DNA of 64,000 bases from a virus. Taxonomy: Duplodnaviria > Caudoviricetes. The stretch covers positions 382 to 64,381 of the IMG/VR virus record IMGVR_UViG_3300021440_000022. One strand, given 5' to 3'. The notes below the pieces were generated by a model. That model saw only the letters and a program-made list of their open reading frames with translations, was not told where the DNA came from and searched no databases. Shown here piece by piece: positions 1 to 8,758 of this stretch (position 1 is the stretch's first letter; the number at the start of each line of letters is the position of its first letter). A program made the position numbers and the translations under genes.

Positions 1-3000
1 GCGCCAGGGCCTCGCGTTGCTCCGGCGTGTGGCGGTCCACGCTCAGGCTCGCGTCGTTGCCGGCTGGCGCGGTGGCGGCGCTTTGGCTGGTGGCCTGGCT
101 GCTTGCCTGGCTGCTGGAGTACTCCTTCATCGCCTGCACGACGGCATCGCGCGCGGCCATTACGTCGCTCAGGTACTTGTCGGTGCCGTACGGGCGCTCG
201 TTGCGCAGGCGCTCCAGCACGCCGTTGAGGAAGTCGCGCACGGCGCCGAGCACGCGCTGGAACAGGCCCGGTCGGCCCTCCTGCAGGCCGCGCCAGAACG
301 CGGGATCGGTGAAGTTGTCGCCGACGATGTCAGCCACCAGTTCCTCGCGGACCGTCTGCGCGCTTGGGACGGTCAGCGCGGCGTTGTTGTAGGTCTTGGC
401 GATCTCCCTGAAGTGCTCACCAGGGTCCTTGATGAGCGCATCCAGCCGCTCAGCGAGTCGGTCGTACAACTCCGGCTTGTCTCTGCGCATCTGGTGCAGC
501 AGCTCGTGCCCGAGCACGGACATGACCGGCCGCTTCGTGCCGGCGTTCATGAACAACAAGTCGGGCCGGCTAGACAGGGCCACACCGTTGATTCTGGCGG
601 TTCCACCTCCCTCCGACGTGAACAGCACCACGCGCTTTTTGAAGAGGGCACGCATCATCGCCACGGCCGCGAAACGTTCCTGCTCGGCTGCAGACGCACC
701 CTTCTCGATCCGCGTGATAGCCGGCGCCGCCGTCAGCGTGAACCGCCGCTCCTTGCCACCGGAAAGTTTTCGCTCCAGGTAGGCCACGGCCTCAACGTCG
801 GCAGCGCTGGCCTGGCCGCCGGCCACTGCTGCGGCTGCATCACGGCCCAGGTCAAGCTGGGCGTCCGGGTACTTCTCCGCGAGCTTTGCCAGGTGCTCGG
901 CGCGGATGAAGAAGCCGCCGTCCTTCTTGAAGGTGTACTCGTCCACCTCCTTGGCCTGAGCCAGCGTCAGGTCCTTGCGGACCACGCCCTTCAGCAGCTT
1001 TCCCTTCTGGGTGGTGTGCTCCACCAGCACGGCACCGGTGGCGGCGGCCAGCGCTTCGCCCTGCTGTGTGGCCGCAGCCTTCTCGGCTTTGGCCGCTGAC
1101 CTCGGCGCAGGCGCGGGAGCGGCCGGCGCTTGCGCCTCTTTGCCGGTCTGGACGCCTGCGCGCGGCTTCAGCTCCAGGCCCTCCATGCGGTCAAACAGTT
1201 CGTTGATGTCCTTGGCGTCGGTGTAGTCGCGGTTTATCTGCTGCGGCGGCTGCTCGTCCTTCTTCGTCTTCTCGATCACGACGACGCGCGTCATCACCTG
1301 CGTGCCGGCGCGCTCGAACGTCACGGCCGGCAGCTTGATGTCCGCCACCAGGTGCAGGCCCTCGGCCGGCCGCACGGACTTTGTGCGAGGTCCCGTGGGG
1401 TTGACCTCTGTGATCGACTGCACCGTGACCGTGGTGTCGTAGTTGTAGCCCGGGGCCCGAACCATTACGACGTCGCCCCGTTCAGCGCCGACTGGCTTCC
1501 CGACCACGCGCGCCTCCGGCTCCCAGGCCGCACTGGTCTTCAGCGTGTCGCCGCGGTAGACCGGCCCCAGGGTCGGGTGCTCGAACAGCGGCTTCAGCGG
1601 CCTCTGCTCCTCCTCGTAGAACCACTTGTCGAACTTCTTGTCGGCGGCCGGGCCCGTCGGGATCAATGCCACGATACGGCCGCCCTCGCGCAGGTGCTGC
1701 TCGGCTGCCTTCGCCAGGTGGTCGATCGCGGTCCGGCCGGCGGTGCCGAAAGGCGGGTTCATGGCGATGCCGTCGTACTTGTTGACGACGTTCAGGTCCT
1801 CGAAGTCACCGCGGATGATCTTGCCGTCGAAGACCATGGCCAGGCGCGAGCCCAGGGTGTTGCTGGGCTCTACGGCCGTGCGGTTGGCTGTCTCCGGGAA
1901 CCAGCGGGCAATGGCGCCGTGGCCGGCGCTTGGCTCCAGCGCGTCCTCGCCACCGCGCAGGTCCAGCATCTGCACCATCTTCAGGCCGACGGGCTCGGGC
2001 GTGGCGAAGTAGTCGGTGCCCTCCTTCGCCTTGGTCTTGGCCGTCTTCTTGGCCGTGCCGAAGTAGAACGCCTTCGCGCGGTCGTACTCGGTCACGGCCT
2101 CGTTGGCGAGCCGGTCACGCTCCTTGCCGCCGGTGCCCTCGCCTTCGTGGCCGGCGGGGAAGTCGCCGCTCTCCTCGAAGCCGGCGATGAACGCGTCCTT
2201 GAGCGCGCGCGCGAGCTCGCCGGTGGCCAGGTTCTCGGCGGCGCTGGCGCGCTCGGCGATCGTCTGCGCGAACGCCCACCGCTCCCAGTTCGTGCCGGTG
2301 TTGAGGTAGCGGAAGATGGCGTTGCTGACCTGGCCCGTGCGGTAGATGCGCCCTTCCTGCTGGATGCTCATCGTCGGCTGCGTCGGCAGCCCCAGGTTGA
2401 ACAGCACCCGCTGGTGCTTGCCGGTGGTGTCGTGGCCGCTCCAGCCCTTGTTCTTGGCCGACTGCACGAGCGCAACCTGCGGGCCGACGTCGTCGTCGTT
2501 GAAGCGCTTGTACCTGGCCAGCAGGTCCGGCTTCTTCTCGTCGCCGTTGATGAGCAAGACGCCAGGGAACTCGCGCTTGAACCTGGTGATTGGCGACACC
2601 AGTTCGGCCAGCAGGCGGTCGCCGGCGAGGTTTGGAAATGCGTTCCTGAACTCCGCGGCGGCGGCGTTGCGGGCCTCCAGCACGGCCTTGTACTTGTCGA
2701 ACCCCTCCTCGTCCATGTGATCTGGGCGCCTCAGTGGCGCATCGATCTGGGCGAAGGCGAAAGGGTTGCGCGAGCCGCCCTTCTTGAAGTCGTGGAAGAC
2801 CACCACCTTGCGGCCGATGGCCATGTGGTCGCGCACGTGCTGGATCACCTCCTTGGCCTTGATCGCCTCCAGCAGGTACCGGCGCACCAGGTGCCCGGTC
2901 TTGCCGAACAACTGGTCGTTCAGTTCGGCCTCGATGAAGGCCCAGCCGTCCACCGCATCCTCCTTGTCCTTCTTCTCGATCCTGGATGTCTTGGCCTGGT

Positions 3001-6000
3001 CGCGGATCCACTCGATCGCGCGGTCAATCTCGTTGCCCACCGCCGACTCGGCAAGGATGAAGCGGCGGTCGTAGTCGGCATCGACGTCGAGCATGCGCCC
3101 AGACAGCACGCCCTGCTTCTTCAGCCAGCCGTTGAACTGGCGCTGCAGCAGGCCTCGGTCAACCTTCGAGTCCGGCTCCGTGAGCTTGCCATAGCGCATG
3201 CGGTAACCGAAGTGCTGCATGAAGAACTTCTCGCGGGCGCCGCCCTCGTTGTAGCCTGGGCTCGCCTGCTCTTTCGCGCCAGCCCCGTCCGGGTCGTAGT
3301 CGAAGAGGTAGCCGTCGGCCCAGTCCACCGTCTTCTCGTAGGCGAACGGCGTTGCCGACAGGCCTGCCACGCGCGTGCGCTTCTCGCCCTGCCTGGCCGC
3401 CACATCTTCCTCGACGCGTTTGCGGGCCTCTTTCAGTTTCTTGTTCAGCGGCTCGTAGCGCTGGCGCAGCGCCTCGATCTGGGCGTCCAGATTCTTCCTC
3501 TGCTCGGCCCCGGTTCCGAGCCGATCCTTCTCAAGCTTGGCGATCTGGTCCGACAGGTCGCGGCGCGTGTTCACGTCGTCGCGGTTGAGCATGGCGAAGC
3601 GGTCGCTGACGCCGCGCGGGTGCAGCGTGATCGCCCGCAGCGCGTCCAGCGCCTTGGTCTGCTTGCCGTCGGCCGACTGCATCAGCATGTGCACTTCGTC
3701 CGGCACCACCAGGTCCCAGGAGCGGCCGGCCAGGGCATCGTTCTCGCCCAGGTTCGCGTAGGTCGTGATCGTCACGCCGCGGCCGGCATCCTTCGTGTCC
3801 GCCAGCGCCTTGATGTCGAGCCCCAACGACGTCCCCGACTCGATCCAGTCGGCCATGATCTTGGCATCCGGCACGACGATCAGGACGTCACGCTTGCCGG
3901 CTCGGACGAAGCGCTTGACGATGCCGAGTCCGCTGAAGGTCTTGCCGGTCCCCGTCCCGTTTGTAAACAGCATGCCGTAGCCGCCTGGCTTCGAGAACCG
4001 CTGCTCGGCCTTGAACACGTCGTCCTGCTGGCCTGGTTGCAGGTATGGCAACGTCGCCCGGATGTTGTCGATCCCGGGCTCCTGCTTCACCGATTCGGCG
4101 GCGCGCTGGGCTGCTCGCTTTTCCGTAGCACTGGCCCACGCAGCAGTAGGCCGCGCAGCCGGTCCTGCTGGCCTGGGGTCAGGCTGAACTCCCGGGATGC
4201 CAGGATCGTCGCTTCGCTCACCGTCGTCAGTTCCGGCATCGAAGAGCGAAGGCTCTGCCGCCCGGCCGCTTCCACGTAGCGGCTGATCGCCAAGTTCTCG
4301 AAGAGGAGAGGCGCCACCAGTAGGTACGCCCGCGTTGTCCGGGCGTCCGCGCCGAGCGCTTCCAGTTCGTTTTCCATCGGTCTGAGGGCCTTCACCAAGT
4401 CCTCGGCCTGAAAGAGCTTCTCCCACCTCTCGCTCGACATTTCCTGCGTCGCCGCGATCTCGTTCCACACCGGTGTCGGCGTCTCGTACATTGCCCTGCT
4501 CCTCTGCGGCCGCAGCCGTCTCGTCCAGCTTGCCAAGTGGCGTCATGTCGGTCTGGAGCGCCGCAGCGCGGGGGTCGTAGTAGACCGCCGCATACCAGCT
4601 CTTCAGGTATGGGCGCACCACCTCGCCCAAGTCATCGATCATTGCCTTCGCGTAGGCAGCGAACGTGCGCGCACCCTTCTCAATGTGGTAGCCGGTCAGC
4701 GTGATGCCGGCCTGGAACACCTCCGGGTCCAGCGCCCCGCCTTGGCCCTTCTTCGTGCCTGGCCGGCCTGGCTGCTCCAGCTTCTTGCGCAGCAGCGCCC
4801 GGGCCCGCTCGGCGGCGTCCTCGGTGAAGATCGTGTTCTTGCTGACTTCCTGTTTTCCCGACTCTTTTGTGGGCGGTGGTGCCGGCGGAACAGCTTCGGC
4901 CGCCGCTGGTGCCAGTGCTGCCGGCGCAGCTTCGATGCCAAGGTCCCGTTGCGTCAGCCCAAGCTTCTCCATCATTGGCGCCAGCAGGCTCACCGGCTTG
5001 TCGCCCAACAGCACCGCACCTATGGCGTCGGCAATGATCTCGTCTGGCTTCCTGGCGTGCCGCCGAAACCGATCATTGGCGTGGTTGTGCACGCCCGGCC
5101 TGAACTCGCGCGAGGCAGCTACCAGGTCGTCCCAGTTGGAGATGTAGCGCTGCACCTCGCTCTTCGGGAACCCGCGGAACCCCAACTGGCGCTTTTTCAT
5201 CACCACGTGGCCAAGCTCGTGAGCGAAGACATGTGCCTTTGACACGTCGCGCTGGCTATCAACGTCGCCGTCAGGGATCGTCACCATGTCGCCGGTGGCG
5301 TGCCAACCGCCTGCACTCTCTGTGACGCTCACTCCGAGGGATTTCGCGACGGCCATCAGCCGCTCGATCCTTGCCCGGCCGGCAGACTGCGCCACCGGCT
5401 CAGCGGTCGGCGCTACCCCAGCGGCTTGTACACCGGCGCCGGTGGCAGTGGGTACTCCCGGCCTGGCGGCTGGGATGCTTGGTGCTGGCGCTGGCGCTTC
5501 AACTGGCGCGGCTTCTGCTGCTGGTGGGGCTGCATCGGTGGGCTGACCTTTCGCTTCGGTGGTGGTTGGCTTGGCCGTCTCGGCCGGGAAGAACTTCTGG
5601 CGCGGGCCCAGGGCGCGAGCGGCCTTGACCGCAGTCAGCGCTTCTTCGGTGCTGGCCCCGGCCGGCACCCGCACGGGTTCCCCACTGTCATAGTCCAGCA
5701 GCTCGTGGCCTTCCAGCCACGGCGTGTGCGTCCCGTCTGGGTTCGTGCGCAGCTCCAGCGGCACCGCCTGCTTCGGCGTAATGCCTACCCGGGCGATCAC
5801 GCGAGTGGCGTCAGCGCCTCTTCCACCGACCAGCCGAGTTCCAGCCGCTGTCGAATCGTTGACGGAACCATCCCGAGTTCGCGTGCCCACCTTTTCAGTG
5901 GTTGCGACCGCCCCTGGTGTTCCAGCATTCTGTGCTTGCTGCCGGGCAGCATCTTGCCGACCAGCAGGATCTTCTCTGCCGGCAAACCTCGGTTCATCCG

Positions 6001-8758
6001 TGCGTACAGCGTCGTTGCCCGCACCCCCAGTTCGCGAGACCACTCGGCCAGAGTCTGCGTCTTGCCGTTGTACTCCAGGAGCCTGACGAACCCCGGCCGG
6101 TTCTGCGACTGCTGCTCCTTTGTCGCCCACCGGACGTTGCCCGGCTGATACCCCAGACAGCCCTTTATCCGGTCCACTGAGTGCTGCGGCGTCGGCTTGG
6201 GGCCCAGTTCCTCCAGGAACAGCAGAAAGTCGGCCTCCCACTCCGGGCACATCTTGATCCCCTTCGCGCCGTACTCCGGGTAGTCGCGGCAATTCGGGTC
6301 GTTGCACCGACGTCGCGCGTGCTGCCACGCTGTCCACTCCGGGCTTCTGGTCATTCTGTGTTTCGTCATGCCCCTTATTGTAGGAGTCGCTGGTAGCGCT
6401 CGGGAACTCGCGAACCAATGGGAGTAGCTTCGTGATCGGAGCATCAAGGCGAATTACCGATACCGGTTCACCATCGTCAAGTTTCGCGAGCCACTGGTGA
6501 TGGCCGTCAAGCACATAGCCATCGGACGAAACAAGGATAGATCGATTGGTGTCTGTGAACCCCTTGGCCTGAGCCACCTTGGCAGGTGAGAACTCGGCCT
6601 GTGTCGGTTTTAGGTCTTCGGCCGGCACGGCAGCCTCCGCAGCGTAGTCAACGCCACGAGCGCGCAGGAACTGCACCAGGGCGCTTCTATCGCCAGCCTT
6701 GATCTGTGGCATCTCGGCGCGCGGCACACCCTTCGTGCCGGTGTCTGGCTTGAACTCAGCCCAGTCGTTCTGGGGCGACGTGGCCGCGGCGTGGGCTGCC
6801 TCGTCGATGCCAGCAGCGGCAGGGGCCGGCGCAGGAACCTGGTCAGCCGGCTCGCTCAGGCCGCTGTAGTCGGGCTCGGCGGCAGCCGGTGTTCCAGTTT
6901 TTGCTGCCTCCGTCCCAGTTTCGGCCGCTTTCGTCTCGCCGGCCTGGGCCGCACGCTCCTCCGGCAGCACCACCGGCCCAGCTTCCAGCGAATCCAGCAC
7001 GTGCACGTCAACCGGCGCACCCACCAGGTCACGCTTCTGCAGGGCCTGCACGAACCGAGAGTAGAAGGGCCCGAGCTGGGCGGCCGGGATCCCCTCTGCC
7101 GCGGCCTTGGCCCGCGCCACCGCGCTCGGCGGGATGCCGTACTGGGCCGCCGTGTTCTCGAAAATCGCCGTCGTCTTCGAGCGCTGCGTCTTGGCGTCGT
7201 CCGACACCAGCGGCGGCTCCACGCGGAAACCGCGGGCGTTGGCAATGGCGTATGGATTGGCGCCCCACTTGTCCACTGCCATGCGCTCGGCCTGGGTCAG
7301 TCCGCTGCGCGCCACCGCAGCGTCTGCTTGGCGCATCGCGTCACGGCCCTGGACGATCGCCGCTGGACCGCCGCCCATCACCGCGGTCTGGCCGATGGTG
7401 ACCTTCAGCGTCTCGCCGGCCTGCTCAAGGTAGTCCTGCAGCGTCGCGTTGGGCGACTGAGCCGCCGGTCCGGCCTTGTCGGCCAGGAACTGAATCGCCG
7501 TGGTTAGTTGCTCGCCCGGGATCTCCTTGCGGATCAGTTCGCCGAATGTCTTGGCCATCTCGCCCGGCGGCAAGTCGCGCACAACGCCCTTCAGCAACTT
7601 GATCTGCTGCGTGAATCCGAAGCGCTCTCCAAGCACTTCCGCGGCACCCATGATCCCGGCTCGGGAAAGCGAGTCCTGCATGCTGAACCCGGAGTTCCTA
7701 CCGGTGTTGTACTCCGACAGGGCCGTCTGCGTGAACAGGGCGCGCATGGCGGGACCGCCGCCAAGCCCAACGACCAGCGTCGGCACGGATTGCCCGATGC
7801 TGTTCGTGACGTCGGCCACCAGCTTTTTGGTGCCCTGCATGTCCTGCATCGCACCGCTTTGAAACACGTCCCCTTCTTTTGAAGCGGCGCCAGCAATCCC
7901 GGCCACCGTGTCAAGGCCAGCGAGGTCTGCCGCCAGGCGAACCGCACCGAACAACGAATTGCTGACGCCCACGCTGGCGGTTACTGCGCCTCTGGCTACC
8001 GGGTTGTCCGTGAAGTCACGGAAGTTTGCGGCGGCCTCTTGCGTCGGACTGAGGGCGGTCAGGTACTGGGGCCCGCGCGCGTTTTGCTCACGGATCTTGC
8101 GCAGTTGCTTGAGCCGCTCCGGCTCGATGGAGCCTTCCTCAATCTGCGCGTCAGAGTACCCAGGTCGCGGCGGCACCTTGTCCATGAAGGCGCCAAATGT
8201 TTCAGGTCCTTTGACTGGCGCCCCGCCACGGCCGCCGATGTTCCAGCGCGGAGCCGCTTGTGATGACGGGGGCGCCGCATTCTGCTCCTGGTCCAATTTG
8301 GCGGCTTCAGAGTCATGCAGCCGCTGTGCGTACTCTGTGGCCGCCTCTGGGGTCTTGAAAACACCAAGGTGCCTGCCAGTCTTACGGTACTGGTCGATGG
8401 CCTCTTCGTCGCTCATTACGCGCCCGGCATCGCTCACGGTAGGCATCAGGACTTCGCGGCCGTCGATGTTCGCGCTGATCGACCGAACCGTGCTGGTAGA
8501 GCCGTCACCATTCTTGACGCGCGGCCGGTTCGACATGTCGATGTTGCCGGCCTCAAGCTGGTCAGACGCCAGCGACGGGTTGGTGACGCCGCGTCCCCCC
8601 GCGACACCCGACGGCCTGACGCCATCCGGAAGAGGCTTCCGTGCCTCGGCGGTGCGAAGTGCGTCCGTCTGCTGGCGCGCCACCCGAGCGATCACGTCGT
8701 CCGGGGTACCCTCCTCGAAGTCGAGGACCGTGCCGTCATACAGTTCTGCTTGTGGCAT
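1..8758 (-). CDS. Giant polyvalent virion/ejection protein (DarB-like), N-terminal >=2919 aa, runs off window start; ParB-like domain, two HExxH zincins, SF2 helicase, N6-adenine methyltransferase
   Basis: ATG at 8758 abuts the upstream TGA (8759-8761). Absent from the ORF track because no stop is reached; long plus-strand antisense shadow ORFs share its register. Motifs read by hand: VLDGHHQW (~6490-6515), AHELGH (~5210), GTGTGKT (~3940-3960), DEVH (~3690), SATP, QQEGRIYR, YFATPE, EPSAGHG, NPPF (~1750), GHELLH..EELVAD (~330-510). Confidence 0.9.
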   Translation of the reverse strand, partial: MPQAELYDGTVLDFEEGTPDDVIARVARQQTDALRTAEARKPLPDGVRPSGVAGGRGVTNPSLASDQLEAGNIDMSNRPRVKNGDGSTSTVRSISANIDGREVLMPTVSDAGRVMSDEEAIDQYRKTGRHLGVFKTPEAATEYAQRLHDSEAAKLDQEQNAAPPSSQAAPRWNIGGRGGAPVKGPETFGAFMDKVPPRPGYSDAQIEEGSIEPERLKQLRKIREQNARGPQYLTALSPTQEAAANFRDFTDNPVARGAVTASVGVSNSLFGAVRLAADLAGLDTVAGIAGAASKEGDVFQSGAMQDMQGTKKLVADVTNSIGQSVPTLVVGLGGGPAMRALFTQTALSEYNTGRNSGFSMQDSLSRAGIMGAAEVLGERFGFTQQIKLLKGVVRDLPPGEMAKTFGELIRKEIPGEQLTTAIQFLADKAGPAAQSPNATLQDYLEQAGETLKVTIGQTAVMGGGPAAIVQGRDAMRQADAAVARSGLTQAERMAVDKWGANPYAIANARGFRVEPPLVSDDAKTQRSKTTAIFENTAAQYGIPPSAVARAKAAAEGIPAAQLGPFYSRFVQALQKRDLVGAPVDVHVLDSLEAGPVVLPEERAAQAGETKAAETGTEAAKTGTPAAAEPDYSGLSEPADQVPAPAPAAAGIDEAAHAAATSPQNDWAEFKPDTGTKGVPRAEMPQIKAGDRSALVQFLRARGVDYAAEAAVPAEDLKPTQAEFSPAKVAQAKGFTDTNRSILVSSDGYVLDGHHQWLAKLDDGEPVSVIRLDAPITKLLPLVREFPSATSDSYNKGHDETQNDQKPGVDSVAARATSVQRPELPRLPGVRREGDQDVPGVGGRLSAVPGGTGPQADAAALSGPDKGLSGVSAGQRPVGDKGAAVAEPAGVRQAPGVQRQDADSGRVVSRTGGAGNDAVRTDEPRFAGREDPAGRQDAARQQAQNAGTPGAVATTEKVGTRTRDGSVNDSTAAGTRLVGGRGADATRVIARVGITPKQAVPLELRTNPDGTHTPWLEGHELLDYDSGEPVRVPAGASTEEALTAVKAARALGPRQKFFPAETAKPTTTEAKGQPTDAAPPAAEAAPVEAPAPAPSIPAARPGVPTATGAGVQAAGVAPTAEPVAQSAGRARIERLMAVAKSLGVSVTESAGGWHATGDMVTIPDGDVDSQRDVSKAHVFAHELGHVVMKKRQLGFRGFPKSEVQRYISNWDDLVAASREFRPGVHNHANDRFRRHARKPDEIIADAIGAVLLGDKPVSLLAPMMEKLGLTQRDLGIEAAPAALAPAAAEAVPPAPPPTKESGKQEVSKNTIFTEDAAERARALLRKKLEQPGRPGTKKGQGGALDPEVFQAGITLTGYHIEKGARTFAAYAKAMIDDLGEVVRPYLKSWYAAVYYDPRAAALQTDMTPLGKLDETAAAAEEQGNVRDADTGVERDRGDAGNVEREVGEALSGRGLGEGPQTDGKRTGSARRGRPDNAGVPTGGASPLRELGDQPLRGSGRAAEPSLFDAGTDDGERSDDPGIPGVQPDPRPAGPAARPTAAWASATEKRAAQRAAESVKQEPGIDNIRATLPYLQPGQQDDVFKAEQRFSKPGGYGMLFTNGTGTGKTFSGLGIVKRFVRAGKRDVLIVVPDAKIMADWIESGTSLGLDIKALADTKDAGRGVTITTYANLGENDALAGRSWDLVVPDEVHMLMQSADGKQTKALDALRAITLHPRGVSDRFAMLNRDDVNTRRDLSDQIAKLEKDRLGTGAEQRKNLDAQIEALRQRYEPLNKKLKEARKRVEEDVAARQGEKRTRVAGLSATPFAYEKTVDWADGYLFDYDPDGAGAKEQASPGYNEGGAREKFFMQHFGYRMRYGKLTEPDSKVDRGLLQRQFNGWLKKQGVLSGRMLDVDADYDRRFILAESAVGNEIDRAIEWIRDQAKTSRIEKKDKEDAVDGWAFIEAELNDQLFGKTGHLVRRYLLEAIKAKEVIQHVRDHMAIGRKVVVFHDFKKGGSRNPFAFAQIDAPLRRPDHMDEEGFDKYKAVLEARNAAAAEFRNAFPNLAGDRLLAELVSPITRFKREFPGVLLINGDEKKPDLLARYKRFNDDDVGPQVALVQSAKNKGWSGHDTTGKHQRVLFNLGLPTQPTMSIQQEGRIYRTGQVSNAIFRYLNTGTNWERWAFAQTIAERASAAENLATGELARALKDAFIAGFEESGDFPAGHEGEGTGGKERDRLANEAVTEYDRAKAFYFGTAKKTAKTKAKEGTDYFATPEPVGLKMVQMLDLRGGEDALEPSAGHGAIARWFPETANRTAVEPSNTLGSRLAMVFDGKIIRGDFEDLNVVNKYDGIAMNPPFGTAGRTAIDHLAKAAEQHLREGGRIVALIPTGPAADKKFDKWFYEEEQRPLKPLFEHPTLGPVYRGDTLKTSAAWEPEARVVGKPVGAERGDVVMVRAPGYNYDTTVTVQSITEVNPTGPRTKSVRPAEGLHLVADIKLPAVTFERAGTQVMTRVVVIEKTKKDEQPPQQINRDYTDAKDINELFDRMEGLELKPRAGVQTGKEAQAPAAPAPAPRSAAKAEKAAATQQGEALAAATGAVLVEHTTQKGKLLKGVVRKDLTLAQAKEVDEYTFKKDGGFFIRAEHLAKLAEKYPDAQLDLGRDAAAAVAGGQASAADVEAVAYLERKLSGGKERRFTLTAAPAITRIEKGASAAEQERFAAVAMMRALFKKRVVLFTSEGGGTARINGVALSSRPDLLFMNAGTKRPVMSVLGHELLHQMRRDKPELYDRLAERLDALIKDPGEHFREIAKTYNNAALTVPSAQTVREELVADIVGDNFTDPAFWRGLQEGRPGLFQRVLGAVRDFLNGVLERLRNERPYGTDKYLSDVMAARDAVVQAMKEYSSSQASSQATSQSAATAPAGNDASLSVDRHTPEQREALA
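4087..4491 (-). CDS. Nested (overprinted, +1 frame) 134-aa helical protein inside the giant gene
   Basis: GAGGAG-7nt-ATG; protein-like composition (MYETPTPVWNEIAATQEMSSERWEKLFQAEDL...). The host frame here is stop-free (checked codon by codon) but reads as an R/G/D-rich linker. Confidence 0.7.
   Translation of the reverse strand: MYETPTPVWNEIAATQEMSSERWEKLFQAEDLVKALRPMENELEALGADARTTRAYLLVAPLLFENLAISRYVEAAGRQSLRSSMPELTTVSEATILASREFSLTPGQQDRLRGLLLRGPVLRKSEQPSAPPNR
5797..6369 (-). CDS. Nested (overprinted, +1 frame) HNH-like homing endonuclease-family protein, 190 aa
   Basis: W..ARRRC..P...YPEYGAKGIKMCPEW..F..F...GPKP..HSVDRI....YQPGNVRWAT..QQSQNR plus two C-terminal 'G..TL.EW.RELG...T..R' HTH-like repeats; host frame checked stop-free across it. 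Confidence 0.85.
   Translation of the reverse strand: MTKHRMTRSPEWTAWQHARRRCNDPNCRDYPEYGAKGIKMCPEWEADFLLFLEELGPKPTPQHSVDRIKGCLGYQPGNVRWATKEQQSQNRPGFVRLLEYNGKTQTLAEWSRELGVRATTLYARMNRGLPAEKILLVGKMLPGSKHRMLEHQGRSQPLKRWARELGMVPSTIRQRLELGWSVEEALTPLA
6370..6406 (-). promoter_or_regulatory. Candidate internal sigma70 promoter for a leaderless transcript of the nested HNH gene
   Basis: TACAAT (6382-6377) lies 7 nt before the ATG; weak TTCCCG -35 with 18-nt spacer. Confidence 0.5.

Noticed and set aside
2115-3011. Other same-strand alternative-frame ORFs in the giant gene (also 62427-63989)
   Set aside because: R/G/P-rich shadow composition while the host frame carries the conserved domains, the opposite of the two accepted nested genes.
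1130-4279. 1049-aa plus-strand ORF and similar ones (17-1099, 8315-9592, 24528-25916, 39478-41076, 61661-63043)
   Set aside because: Antisense shadows in codon register with real minus-strand genes in GC-rich DNA; no motifs.
5797-6447. Group I intron or intein explanation for the HNH
   Set aside because: No room for a ribozyme core was seen, the host frame is open, and no Cys...His-Asn intein ends were found; still needs RT-PCR.
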